Below, in pieces: positions 10,022 to 21,446 of a stretch of DNA of 32,000 nt. The notes below the pieces were generated by a model. It searched no databases, was not told where the DNA came from, and was given only the letters and a program-made list of their open reading frames with translations. This DNA comes from Mycobacterium tuberculosis H37Rv. Lineage in GTDB: Bacteria > Actinomycetota > Actinomycetes > Mycobacteriales > Mycobacteriaceae. The stretch spans positions 1,110,001 to 1,142,000 of the forward strand of contig NC_000962.3 of the NCBI RefSeq assembly GCF_000195955.2, in the 5' to 3' direction. Position numbers and translations under genes: made by a program. Numbering within the stretch: position 1 is the first letter of the stretch; each line of letters starts with the position of its first letter.

Positions 10022-10879
10022 ATGTCCTCTGGTCGCCTGTTGCTCGGCGCCACCCCGCTGGGCCAGCCGTCGGATGCGTCACCACGCCTGGCGGCCGCGT
10101 TGGCCACCGCCGATGTGGTGGCGGCCGAGGACACCCGGCGGGTGCGGAAATTGGCCAAGGCTCTTGACATCCGGATTGGTGGACGGGTGGTCAGCCTGTT
10201 CGACCGGGTGGAGGCGTTGCGCGTGACGGCCCTTCTCGACGCGATCAATAACGGTGCGACGGTGCTGGTGGTCAGTGACGCCGGGACCCCGGTGATCAGC
10301 GATCCCGGCTATCGGCTGGTCGCGGCGTGCATCGACGCGGGGGTTTCGGTGACGTGTTTACCCGGGCCGTCCGCGGTGACCACCGCGCTGGTGATGTCCG
10401 GTCTGCCGGCGGAGAAGTTCTGCTTCGAGGGTTTCGCCCCGCGCAAGGGTGCGGCGCGCCGGGCCTGGCTGGCCGAACTGGCCGAGGAGCGGCGCACCTG
10501 TGTTTTCTTCGAATCCCCGCGCCGGTTGGCTGCGTGCCTTAACGATGCCGTCGAGCAGCTCGGTGGTGCCCGTCCGGCGGCGATCTGCCGGGAGCTGACC
10601 AAGGTGCATGAGGAAGTGGTGCGCGGATCGCTTGACGAGTTGGCGATCTGGGCGGCCGGTGGTGTGCTCGGCGAGATCACCGTGGTGGTGGCGGGCGCCG
10701 CCCCCCACGCCGAACTGTCGTCGCTGATAGCCCAAGTGGAGGAGTTCGTCGCGGCGGGTATTCGTGTCAAGGACGCCTGCAGCGAGGTAGCGGCGGCACA
10801 TCCGGGGGTGCGCACCCGCCAGCTTTACGACGCGGTGCTGCAATCACGGCGGGAAACCGGCGGGCCAGCGCAGCCGTAG
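10022..10879 (+). CDS. rsmI: 16S rRNA (cytidine-2'-O)-methyltransferase RsmI
   Basis: GRLLLGATPLGQPSDASPRLAAALATADVVAAEDTR, VLVVSDAGTPVISDPGYRLVAACIDAGVSVTCLPGPSAVTTALVMSGLPAEKFCFEGFAPRKGAARRAWL, CRELTKVHEEVVRGSL. Confidence 0.95.
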   Translation: MSSGRLLLGATPLGQPSDASPRLAAALATADVVAAEDTRRVRKLAKALDIRIGGRVVSLFDRVEALRVTALLDAINNGATVLVVSDAGTPVISDPGYRLVAACIDAGVSVTCLPGPSAVTTALVMSGLPAEKFCFEGFAPRKGAARRAWLAELAEERRTCVFFESPRRLAACLNDAVEQLGGARPAAICRELTKVHEEVVRGSLDELAIWAAGGVLGEITVVVAGAAPHAELSSLIAQVEEFVAAGIRVKDACSEVAAAHPGVRTRQLYDAVLQSRRETGGPAQP

Positions 10880-10888
10880 TCGGTCAGG

Positions 10889-12112
10889 TTAGGGGATACA
10901 CACCCCGATGGGACCGAATCCGGGTGTGCACAGACGCGACGGGAGCGCCGGCAGCGGAGGCGGTCCCGGCAGTGGGGGAGGTGCCGGCAATGCGGGCACG
11001 GCCGGTAACGGCGGCAGACCCGCTGGCAGTGCCGGCAGGCCGGCCGCCAGCGCCGGCAGCGCCGCAGCCAGCGCCGCAGGATCCACGCCTGGCAGCGCCG
11101 GGAGGCCCGGCGGTAGACCACCTGCCGCCAGCGCCGGCAGCGCCGCAGCCAGCGTCGCCGGATCCACCCCCGCCAGACCAGCCGGCAGACCAGCGGCCGC
11201 CAGCATCGGCAGACCACCTGCCACCAGCGCCGTCAGCTCCGCCGGCGACATCCCCGCCAGACCCGGCAAACTCGTCGGCAGACCGGCCGCGGCCGCCATC
11301 GCCATCAGGTCGGTCGGCGACACACCTGGCAGACTCGGAAAACCCACGCCTGGCAGGCCGGCGGCCGCCGCCATCGCGAGCAGACTCGCCGGCGTCACGC
11401 CCGGCAGGGCGGGCAGCCCCACAGCCGGCAGAGCGGCCGCCGCCGATTGCGCCCCGGGCAGCAGCAGGGAGGCCACCGTGCTGGCTGTTCCGCGGGCCGT
11501 CGGCAGGATGCCGGAAGACTCCAGCGCGTTAACCGCAAGCACGAGATAGGTGACGGCCACCGCGCTCGCGGTCACCACCCCCGCCGCCGTGCCTCCCACA
11601 CCCAGGACACCGTTCACGACCGCGGCAGCGGTGTTCACCCCGGTGATTGGGTCGGGTACGCCGGGGATGCCGATGCCCGGGATGCCGATGCCCGGGATGC
11701 CGATGCCCGGGATGCCGACGCCAGGTACGCTCGGCGCGGCCAGGTTCGGCAGGGCCGGTGGGGGAGGCAGGGCCGGGCCGGCCGCACCGGGAATGTTGGG
11801 TAGGCCGGGAACGGCTGGCGGGCCCACCCTGGGCACGGCGGCAGCCGCCGGTACACCCGGCCGCGGAACCAATCCCGGCGCGATCGTGTCGGCGACCGGC
11901 TCGAACGGCGCCGGCACCGCGTGCTCCGCTGCGGCCGGCCCCGATGGTGTCGCGGTGTCGGGCATCAGGACCGCAGCCAGCCGATCGCACTGCTGGCCGG
12001 CGCTGCAGGTGCCGCCCGCGACCCGCTCCGGGGTGGACAACGTCAACGGTGCCACCGCCAGCGTTCCCCCTATCGCGGCAGCAGCCGCGGTGCCCACGAT
12101 CGCGAGTCTCAT
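10889..12112 (-). CDS. Secreted/membrane-associated repetitive Ala/Pro/Leu/Gly-rich protein (Rv1004c-like)
   Basis: From ATG at 12112: MRLAIVGTAAAAAIGGTLAVAPLTLSTP (signal-peptide-like); repeats GIPGIGIPGIGIPGIGIPGVP and LPGVDPAALAAALPALAAG-type; C-term PSRLCTPGFGPIGVCIP. The ORF itself opens at 12187. Confidence 0.8.
   Translation of the reverse strand: MRLAIVGTAAAAAIGGTLAVAPLTLSTPERVAGGTCSAGQQCDRLAAVLMPDTATPSGPAAAEHAVPAPFEPVADTIAPGLVPRPGVPAAAAVPRVGPPAVPGLPNIPGAAGPALPPPPALPNLAAPSVPGVGIPGIGIPGIGIPGIGIPGVPDPITGVNTAAAVVNGVLGVGGTAAGVVTASAVAVTYLVLAVNALESSGILPTARGTASTVASLLLPGAQSAAAALPAVGLPALPGVTPASLLAMAAAAGLPGVGFPSLPGVSPTDLMAMAAAAGLPTSLPGLAGMSPAELTALVAGGLPMLAAAGLPAGLAGVDPATLAAALPALAAGGLPPGLPALPGVDPAALAAALPALAAGLPALPAGLPPLPAVPALPAPPPLPGPPPLPALPSRLCTPGFGPIGVCIP
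11664..11722. repeat. 15-bp tandem repeat GGGATGCCGATGCCC, three full copies plus a degenerate partial copy
   Basis: Copies at 11664-11678, 11679-11693 and 11694-11708, then GGGATGCCGACGCC; encodes the GIPGI repeat on the minus strand. Confidence 0.9.
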
Positions 12113-12221
12113 TACAAACCCCTCTCGAACTCGACACGAGATAGACACGCGTCGATGGCCCGAGCTTAGGCGCACCCGGCACACCATGTGGGCGTTATGC
12201 CAATTTCCGCCGCCCGCTGGG

Positions 12222-13508
12222 CTACCGCACTTTGCTGGCTAACCGAGCCGGGGTGGTGCGCGTGGCGGCCGGCAGCCCGACGATGGGAGCGGCTTTGTGC
12301 AGGCACTCCGCCCATTCGGCGTCCGGATCGGAGTCGGCGGTGATCCCGCCGCCAACGCCCAGCACGGCGTTGCCTGCGGTATCGAATTCGACGGTGCGGA
12401 TTGCGACGTTGAGCTCGCATCCGGCGACCGGTGACGCCAAACCGACTGTGCCGCAATATATCCCGCGGCGATATCGCTCCCATTGTGAAATCAATTGGCG
12501 AGCCCGCAGTTTAGGTGTGCCGGTGACCGAGGCCGGCGGGAAGGCGGCGTCGAGCAGCGCTGACATCGGTTCCTCGAGCGGAACCCGCGCCGACACCGTG
12601 GACACCAGGTGCCACACTCCCGGCGCTGGTCGCACCACCAACAGCTCGGGCACCGTCACGGTACCGGTAACCGCTACCCGGCCGAGGTCGTTGCGGACCA
12701 GATCCACGATCATGATGTTCTCGGCCACCTCTTTGGCCGATGCCCGCAGCGCCGACGGCGGGGCGTCCAGCGGCAGCGTGCCCTTGATCGGGCTCGATGT
12801 CACCACGGACCCGCGGCGGCGCAGGAATAGCTCCGGGGATAGCGATGCGACGGCTCCCCACGGTCCGGCGACAAAGGCGGACCGGGACGGAGCGGTACGA
12901 CCGAACCCGTCGATGAAGAAGTCCAGCGGGGATCCGGTGACCGTCCCGGCGAATTGGGTGCACACGCACGCTTGATAGACCTCGCCCGCGCCGATAGCTT
13001 CCAGACACGCCAGTACCCCGTCGCGGTGCGCTGCCCGGTCGGCCGGTTCCCAGTCGATCCGGCATGCCGGTGCCGGTCTGGCGACCGATGCCCGAGTGGT
13101 CGCCAACGCGCTGGCCAGCCAGTCCGCTATCGGCGCACCGGACAGGCTCTCATACCACCACTGGCCGTCGCGGTCGCGGCGCAGCACGCAATCGGTCCAG
13201 CCGCCGGCGGCCTCGGGGATCCGGTGGGGTCGCCCGTCGGCGCCGGCGTCCGGGTAGGACAGGTAGCCGACCCAGCCGCCGCCCACCGCCCCGGTGGCAT
13301 CGGGCCCGCCGGTGCCCGGCGGGCCCGAGAACACGTCGTCGCCGCTGACCGGTTGTATAGACACACTCGGTGCGATCACCGCCAGCGCACCGAACCATTC
13401 GCCGGTCAGCGCCGCCGGTGGTGGCAAGTCGAGTCGACTGGTGGCGCGGCCGACCGCCCGCAGCACCGCAGGCGCTCCGCCAAGATCGCCGAGTCGGTCG
13501 ATTCGCAC
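12222..13508 (-). CDS. pabB: Aminodeoxychorismate synthase component I / anthranilate-synthase-like
   Basis: GDVFSG.., GAGEVYQACVCTQFAGTV, SPELFLRRRGSVVTSSPIKGTLPLD, ASAKEVAENIMIVDLVRNDLGRVAVTGTVTVPELLVVRPAPGVWHLVSTV, FPPASVTGTPKLRARQLISQWERYRRGIYCGTVG. Start placed at GTG 13508 (VRIDRLGDLGGAP); an upstream TTG at 13598 is possible. Confidence 0.93.
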   Translation of the reverse strand: MRIDRLGDLGGAPAVLRAVGRATSRLDLPPPAALTGEWFGALAVIAPSVSIQPVSGDDVFSGPPGTGGPDATGAVGGGWVGYLSYPDAGADGRPHRIPEAAGGWTDCVLRRDRDGQWWYESLSGAPIADWLASALATTRASVARPAPACRIDWEPADRAAHRDGVLACLEAIGAGEVYQACVCTQFAGTVTGSPLDFFIDGFGRTAPSRSAFVAGPWGAVASLSPELFLRRRGSVVTSSPIKGTLPLDAPPSALRASAKEVAENIMIVDLVRNDLGRVAVTGTVTVPELLVVRPAPGVWHLVSTVSARVPLEEPMSALLDAAFPPASVTGTPKLRARQLISQWERYRRGIYCGTVGLASPVAGCELNVAIRTVEFDTAGNAVLGVGGGITADSDPDAEWAECLHKAAPIVGLPAATRTTPARLASKVR

Positions 13509-13713
13509 CGTTCTAGCTTGACAGAACTGTGGATTTTCGCAGCGCAAGTGGCTGCGTGGGGATTTCGTCCGCGTGCTAAGCTCCCACGCTAAGTTCAATC
13601 CGTGACCGGCTCCGGTCTCCGTCCCGGGGGGTGTTGCTGTGCGAGCAGCCAATGCCAATGCCGTTTCTCGCTGACCGCGAGACGTTGACGCTCGGTGTGA
13701 TCTTGAAGTAGCG

Positions 13714-15417
13714 ATGGTTTTAAGAAGTAGGAAAAGCACGCTCGGCGTTGTCGTGTGCTTAGCGCTGGTGCTCGGTGGGCCGCTCAACGGTTGCAGCAGC
13801 AGCGCGAGCCACCGCGGTCCACTGAACGCAATGGGAAGTCCGGCCATACCGTCGACGGCGCAGGAGATACCCAACCCGTTGCGCGGTCAGTACGAAGACC
13901 TCATGGAACCGCTGTTTCCGCAGGGGAACCCCGCGCAGCAACGCTATCCGCCTTGGCCCGCGTCCTACGACGCGAGTTTGCGAGTCTCCTGGCGGCAGCT
14001 GCAGCCTACGGATCCGCGCACTCTGCCCCCGGATGCTCCGGACGACCGCAAGTACGACTTCAGCGTGATCGACAACGCGTTGACCAGGCTCGCCGACCGC
14101 GGCATGCGGCTGACGCTGCGGGTGTACGCCTACAGCTCGTGCTGCAAGGCTTCCTATCCGGACGGCACTAACATCGCGATTCCCGACTGGGAGCGCGCTA
14201 TCGCCAGCACCAACACCAGTTATCCAGGGCCGGCGACCGATCCCTCGACCGGGGTGGTGCAGGTGGTGCCGAATTTCAACGATTCGACCTATCTTAACGA
14301 TTTTGCGCAGTTGCTCGCCGCGCTTGGTCGCCGCTACGACGGTGACGAGCGCCTCAGCGTGTTCGAGTTCTCCGGGTACGGGGACTTCAGCGAAAATCAC
14401 GTCGCATACCTGCGCGACACGCTCGGTGCGCCGGGTCCGGGCCCGGATGAAAGCGTGGCGACCCTGGGCTATTACAGCCAGTTCCGTGATCAGAACATCA
14501 CCACCGCGTCCATCAAACAGCTAATCGCGGCGAACGTCAGCGCCTTCCCGCATACCCAACTGGTGACCAGTCCCGCTAATCCGGAAATCGTGCGAGAACT
14601 GTTCGCCGACGAGGTCACCAACAAGCTTGCCGCGCCGGTGGGTGTCCGCTCGGATTGCCTGGGCGTCGACGCGCCGTTGCCGGCCTGGGCCGAGTCCAGC
14701 ACTTCGCACTATGTGCAGACCAAAGACCCGGTGGTCGCCGCGCTGCGGCAGCGGCTGGCAACGGCGCCGGTGATCACCGAGTGGTGCGAGTTGCCGACCG
14801 GCAGTTCGCCGCGGGCTTACTACGAGAAGGGCCTGCGCGACGTCATCAGGTATCACGTGTCGATGACGTCGAGCGTTAACTTCCCCGACCAGACGGCGAC
14901 CTCGCCGATGGACCCCGCGTTGTACCTGGTGTGGGCGCAAGCTAACGCCGCCGCAGGCTATCGGTACTCGGTCGAAGCGCAGCCGGGGTCGCAAGCGCTA
15001 GCGGGCAAGGTCGCGACGATCTCGGTCACCTGGACCAACTACGGCGCTGCTGCCGCCACCGAAAAGTGGGTGCCCGGCTACCGGCTGGTGGATTCCACCG
15101 GACAGGTGGTTCGGACGCTGCCGGCAGCGGTGGACCTGAAGACGCTGGTCTCCGACCAGCGCGGCGATCGCAGCAGCGACCAGCCGACACCGGCGTCGGT
15201 CGCCGAGACGGTTCGCGTTGATCTGTCCGGCTTGCCCGCGGGCCACTACACGCTGCGGGCCGCGATCGACTGGCAACAGCACAAACCGAACGGCTCCCAT
15301 GTGGTGAACTATCCGCCCATGCTGTTGTCCCGCGACGGCCGCGACGATTCCGGGTTTTATCCCGTCGCCACGCTCGACATCCCACGCGACGCGCAGACCG
15401 CGGTCAACGCTTCGTAG
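13714..15417 (+). CDS. Secreted protein with a TIM-barrel glycosidase-like (DUF4832-type) architecture and a C-terminal beta-sandwich (Rv1006-like)
   Basis: 567 aa; N-terminal signal with LNGCSSSAS; DASLRVSWRQLQPTD...LADRGMRLTLRVYAY...LFAALGRRYDGDERLSVFEFSGYGDFSEN-like region; C-term ISVTWTNYGAAAATEKWVPGYRLVDSTG...LPAGHYTLRAAIDWQ. Confidence 0.8.
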   Translation: MVLRSRKSTLGVVVCLALVLGGPLNGCSSSASHRGPLNAMGSPAIPSTAQEIPNPLRGQYEDLMEPLFPQGNPAQQRYPPWPASYDASLRVSWRQLQPTDPRTLPPDAPDDRKYDFSVIDNALTRLADRGMRLTLRVYAYSSCCKASYPDGTNIAIPDWERAIASTNTSYPGPATDPSTGVVQVVPNFNDSTYLNDFAQLLAALGRRYDGDERLSVFEFSGYGDFSENHVAYLRDTLGAPGPGPDESVATLGYYSQFRDQNITTASIKQLIAANVSAFPHTQLVTSPANPEIVRELFADEVTNKLAAPVGVRSDCLGVDAPLPAWAESSTSHYVQTKDPVVAALRQRLATAPVITEWCELPTGSSPRAYYEKGLRDVIRYHVSMTSSVNFPDQTATSPMDPALYLVWAQANAAAGYRYSVEAQPGSQALAGKVATISVTWTNYGAAAATEKWVPGYRLVDSTGQVVRTLPAAVDLKTLVSDQRGDRSSDQPTPASVAETVRVDLSGLPAGHYTLRAAIDWQQHKPNGSHVVNYPPMLLSRDGRDDSGFYPVATLDIPRDAQTAVNAS

Positions 15418-15443
15418 GTGGCTTTCCCGTCGCTGCGGTCCGC

Positions 15444-17003
15444 TCACTTGCCTTCGGGTGGTTGCGGCGGCTGGTAGCGGGGAAATACCCCGGTGGGCGG
15501 CGGCAGCGCTGTGCCGGGGGTCAGCCGAACACCTACGGCGGCGAACGACCGCTGGTTTGGGGCCTGGCCGAGCAGGTCCAAAATTTTGCCGGCCGACTCC
15601 GGCATCACCGGCTGGATCAGCAGTGCCGCGATGCGGACTACCTCGCAGGTGACGTAGAGCGTGGTGCGGAACCGGGCCTGATCGGCTTCGGACTCGCTCT
15701 TGCGCAGTACCCACGGCTGCTGCACCGAAAAGTACTTGTTCGCGTCGCCGAGCATCAGCCAGATCGCCTCCAGCGCCAGGTGCATCGCCTGTGCGTCGAA
15801 GTGACCGCGCACTCGCTCCAACAAGCCATCGGCGGTCGCAAGCAGCGCGGCGTCGGCGTCGGCGAACTCACCCGGGTTGGGCACCCTGCCGTCAAGGTTT
15901 TTGGCCACCATCGACAACGAGCGTTGGGCCAAGTTGCCGAGCTCGTTGGCCAGATCGGTGTTGATCCGAGTGACGATGGCCTCGTCGCTGTAACTGCCGT
16001 CCTGGCCGAACGGGACCTCCCGCAACAGGAAGTAGCGGACCTGGTCCACCCCGAGCGCTTCCGCCAGGGCAACCGGGTCGACGATGTTGCCCACCGATTT
16101 ACTCATCTTCTCGCCGCGGTTGTGCAAGAACCCGTGCGCGAAGATCCTTCGCGGCAACTCGATTCCGGCTGACATCAAAAACGCCGGCCAATAGACGGCA
16201 TGAAACCTGATGATGTCCTTGCCGATCATGTGCAAATCGGCGGGCCAGTAGCGGCGGAACAACTCCGAGTCGGTATCCGGGAAGCCCGCCCCGGTCAGGT
16301 AATTGGTCAGCGCGTCGACCCAGACGTACATGACGTGGTCGGGGTGCTCGGGCACCTGCACACCCCAGTCAAACGAGGTGCGCGAGATCGACAGGTCGTC
16401 CAGGCCGCCGGAGACGAAGCTGATCACTTCGTTGCGCCGCGTCTCCGGCGCGATGAAGTCGGGGTTGGCGTGATAGTGGGCCAGCAGCTTGTCGGTATAG
16501 GCCGACAGCCGGAAGAAGTAGGTCTGCTCCTCGGTCCAGGTCACCGGCGTGCCGGTCTCTACCGTCAGGCGCGTGCCGTCGACAAGTTGGGTCTCCGATT
16601 CGACGAAGAACCGCTCGTCGCGCACCGAGTACCACCCGGAATAGTTGTCCAGATAGATGTCGCCGGCCGCCGACATCCGTCGCCAGAGTTCCTTGGACGC
16701 CTCGTGGTGGTCGGCATCGGTAGTGCGGATGAATCGGTCGAAGGAGATGTTCAGCGCCTCCTGCATGCGCTGAAACACGTCGGAATTGCGCCGGGCAAGC
16801 GCCGCGGTGGGCACGCCCGCTGCCGCGGCGGCTTGTGCGACCTTCAGGCCATGCTCGTCGGTCCCGGTCAGGAAGCGCACGTCATAGCGATCCAGCCGTT
16901 TGAACCGGGCGATCGCGTCGGTGGCGATGTATTCGTAGGCGTGACCTACGTGGGGTGCAGCGTTGGGATATGCGATCGCGGTGGTGACGTAATAGGGCTT
17001 CAT
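15444..17003 (-). CDS. metG: Methionyl-tRNA synthetase
   Basis: MKPYYVTTAIAYPNAAPHVGHAYEYIATDAIARFKRL (HIGH-like), FLTGTDEHGLKV, WVDALTNYLTGAGFP, DIIRFHAVYWPAFLMSAG, GFLHNRGEKMSKSVGNIVDP (KMSKS). Confidence 0.97.
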   Translation of the reverse strand: MKPYYVTTAIAYPNAAPHVGHAYEYIATDAIARFKRLDRYDVRFLTGTDEHGLKVAQAAAAAGVPTAALARRNSDVFQRMQEALNISFDRFIRTTDADHHEASKELWRRMSAAGDIYLDNYSGWYSVRDERFFVESETQLVDGTRLTVETGTPVTWTEEQTYFFRLSAYTDKLLAHYHANPDFIAPETRRNEVISFVSGGLDDLSISRTSFDWGVQVPEHPDHVMYVWVDALTNYLTGAGFPDTDSELFRRYWPADLHMIGKDIIRFHAVYWPAFLMSAGIELPRRIFAHGFLHNRGEKMSKSVGNIVDPVALAEALGVDQVRYFLLREVPFGQDGSYSDEAIVTRINTDLANELGNLAQRSLSMVAKNLDGRVPNPGEFADADAALLATADGLLERVRGHFDAQAMHLALEAIWLMLGDANKYFSVQQPWVLRKSESEADQARFRTTLYVTCEVVRIAALLIQPVMPESAGKILDLLGQAPNQRSFAAVGVRLTPGTALPPPTGVFPRYQPPQPPEGK

Positions 17004-17022
17004 TTCGACACCACCCTATTGT

Positions 17023-17883
17023 GTGCGGGTGAGCTCCGACCGCCCAGCCAGACGAGATCCACCGCCCGCTCCGGAACCCCTGGCGCCGTTGGTCGACGCC
17101 CACACCCATCTCGACGCGTGCGGTGCACGAGACGCCGATACGGTGCGGTCGCTCGTCGAGCGAGCCGCCGCGGCCGGCGTGACCGCGGTGGTCACCGTCG
17201 CCGACGACCTGGAGTCCGCGCGCTGGGTCACCCGCGCGGCCGAATGGGATCGGCGAGTCTATGCCGCGGTGGCGTTGCACCCGACCCGCGCCGATGCGCT
17301 CACCGACGCTGCCCGTGCCGAGCTCGAGCGATTGGTTGCCCACCCCAGGGTGGTGGCCGTCGGTGAGACCGGAATCGACATGTACTGGCCGGGTCGCCTG
17401 GACGGGTGTGCGGAGCCGCACGTCCAGCGGGAGGCCTTTGCCTGGCATATCGATCTGGCCAAGCGGACCGGTAAACCGCTGATGATCCACAATCGTCAGG
17501 CCGACCGCGACGTGCTGGACGTGCTGCGGGCCGAGGGCGCGCCGGACACCGTGATCTTGCACTGCTTCTCGTCGGACGCGGCGATGGCCCGCACGTGTGT
17601 GGACGCCGGGTGGCTGCTCAGCCTGTCCGGGACGGTGAGCTTCCGTACCGCCCGTGAACTACGGGAAGCCGTCCCGCTGATGCCGGTGGAGCAGCTTTTG
17701 GTGGAAACCGATGCACCGTATTTGACCCCGCATCCCCACCGGGGCTTGGCGAACGAACCGTACTGCCTGCCCTATACCGTGCGGGCGCTGGCTGAACTGG
17801 TCAATCGGCGCCCCGAAGAGGTGGCGCTCATCACCACAAGCAACGCTCGCCGAGCTTATGGGCTAGGGTGGATGCGCCAATGA
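17023..17883 (+). CDS. tatD: TatD-family metal-dependent deoxyribonuclease
   Basis: LVDAHTHLDACG, VVAVGETGIDMYW...QREAFAWHIDLAKRTGKPLMIHNR, VILHCFSSDAAMA, LLVETDAPYLTPHPHRGLANEPYCLPYTV. The start may lie further in (TTG near 17089). Confidence 0.93.
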   Translation: MRVSSDRPARRDPPPAPEPLAPLVDAHTHLDACGARDADTVRSLVERAAAAGVTAVVTVADDLESARWVTRAAEWDRRVYAAVALHPTRADALTDAARAELERLVAHPRVVAVGETGIDMYWPGRLDGCAEPHVQREAFAWHIDLAKRTGKPLMIHNRQADRDVLDVLRAEGAPDTVILHCFSSDAAMARTCVDAGWLLSLSGTVSFRTARELREAVPLMPVEQLLVETDAPYLTPHPHRGLANEPYCLPYTVRALAELVNRRPEEVALITTSNARRAYGLGWMRQ

Positions 17884-17965
17884 GCGCGCCGAGCGGCCCA
17901 TAACACCCGCGCGCCGGAGTTGCTCAACATTGGCCGGTTCGTTACCGTCTTGTGATCGAACGGGT

Positions 17966-18005
17966 GGGGCCTCTAGGTTTCGGAGGGCCCATTTTGCTTT
18001 TTGTT
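17966..18005 (+). terminator. Intrinsic-terminator-like hairpin plus U-tract in the leader upstream of rpfB
   Basis: GGGGCCTCTAGGTTTCGGAGGGCCC followed by ATTTTGCTTTTTG; GGGCCTC pairs with GAGGGCCC with one bulged G. Confidence 0.6.
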
Positions 18006-18015
18006 CGCTGTGTAG

Positions 18016-20105
<2,090 letters not shown>

Positions 20106-20154
20106 CGGGGCGCCGCCGCGTGTGGTCGGCGCGTCACAGCGATAGTCTGCTGCG

Positions 20155-21111
20155 GTGTCCGCATCTGACGGCAACACCGCTGAATTGTGGGTGCCCACCG
20201 GGTCGGTCACCGTTCGGGTGCCCGGAAAGGTCAACCTCTATCTGGCGGTCGGCGATCGCCGCGAGGACGGCTATCACGAGCTGACCACGGTATTTCATGC
20301 CGTCTCGCTGGTCGACGAGGTAACCGTTCGTAACGCTGATGTGCTCTCGCTCGAGTTGGTCGGCGAGGGGGCCGACCAGCTGCCGACCGACGAACGCAAT
20401 CTCGCCTGGCAGGCGGCCGAGCTGATGGCCGAACACGTGGGCCGGGCGCCGGACGTCTCGATCATGATCGACAAATCCATTCCGGTCGCCGGCGGCATGG
20501 CCGGTGGCAGCGCGGACGCTGCGGCGGTCCTGGTTGCGATGAACTCGTTGTGGGAACTCAATGTGCCCCGCCGCGACCTGCGCATGCTCGCCGCGCGGCT
20601 AGGCAGCGATGTGCCGTTTGCCCTGCATGGTGGTACCGCGCTGGGGACGGGTCGCGGCGAGGAGTTGGCCACCGTGTTATCCCGCAACACCTTCCACTGG
20701 GTCCTGGCGTTCGCCGACAGCGGGTTGCTCACCTCCGCGGTGTACAACGAGCTCGACCGGCTCAGGGAGGTGGGGGATCCGCCCCGGCTTGGTGAGCCCG
20801 GGCCGGTTCTGGCTGCCTTAGCTGCGGGTGATCCGGATCAGCTGGCGCCGTTGCTGGGTAATGAAATGCAAGCGGCCGCGGTGAGCCTGGACCCGGCGCT
20901 GGCTCGTGCGTTACGCGCCGGTGTGGAGGCCGGCGCGCTCGCAGGCATCGTGTCCGGTTCGGGTCCCACGTGTGCCTTCCTGTGCACCTCGGCGAGCTCG
21001 GCGATCGATGTCGGCGCGCAGCTGTCGGGGGCGGGAGTTTGTCGCACCGTTCGAGTCGCCACCGGGCCGGTACCCGGCGCCCGCGTGGTGTCTGCGCCGA
21101 CCGAAGTGTGA
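20155..21111 (+). CDS. ispE: 4-diphosphocytidyl-2-C-methyl-D-erythritol kinase
   Basis: [90 protein letters not shown] (GHMP kinase motifs). Alternative GTG start at 20191. Confidence 0.95.
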
Positions 21112-21127
21112 CCGAATTCTTGGGAGC

Positions 21128-21421
21128 ATGCCTCGGGCGGCCAGGGGTATCCGCGCGTGCCGAGGCCGGTGGGTCGATCGGCTGGCGCACCAGCATGCCA
21201 GCGGTAGGGCCGCAGGCATCCGCCCTCGCGAGGTCGGTGGCGCGCATCAAAGCCAGGCGCAAAAGCCATACCATGATGCGACAGAGCCGCTCGGCGAGAG
21301 CCTCCGCTACCGGCCAGCTCACGGCGATAGCTGCATCAACGGCCATCGAGACAACCCGTCGGCACGGGAATCCTCGCAGTTCACCGCGGGGAGTACGGCA
21401 AAGGCTGTGACCAAGCTGTGA
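21128..21421 (+). CDS. Hypothetical protein (Rv1012-like), low-confidence ORF
   Basis: 97-residue tail of the 20906-21421 ORF starting at ATG 21128; no recognisable domain and a shadow-ORF-like composition. Confidence 0.3.
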   Translation: MPRAARGIRACRGRWVDRLAHQHASGRAAGIRPREVGGAHQSQAQKPYHDATEPLGESLRYRPAHGDSCINGHRDNPSARESSQFTAGSTAKAVTKL

Positions 21422-21446
21422 CATCGCCCTCAAACCTCGGCAGAGT

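Noticed and set aside
11664-11722. Possible CRISPR-like array
   Set aside because: The 15-bp units are contiguous with no spacers and encode an in-frame GIPGI protein repeat.
13518-13523. Perfect TTGACA on the plus strand upstream of the 13714 gene as a -35 element
   Set aside because: No reasonable -10 hexamer at 16-18 bp spacing and nearly 200 bp from the gene start; not enough support.
16200-17366. 388-aa plus-strand ORF antisense to metG and running into tatD
   Set aside because: Antisense to the conserved metG catalytic motifs (HIGH-like, KMSKS) and then out of frame with tatD.
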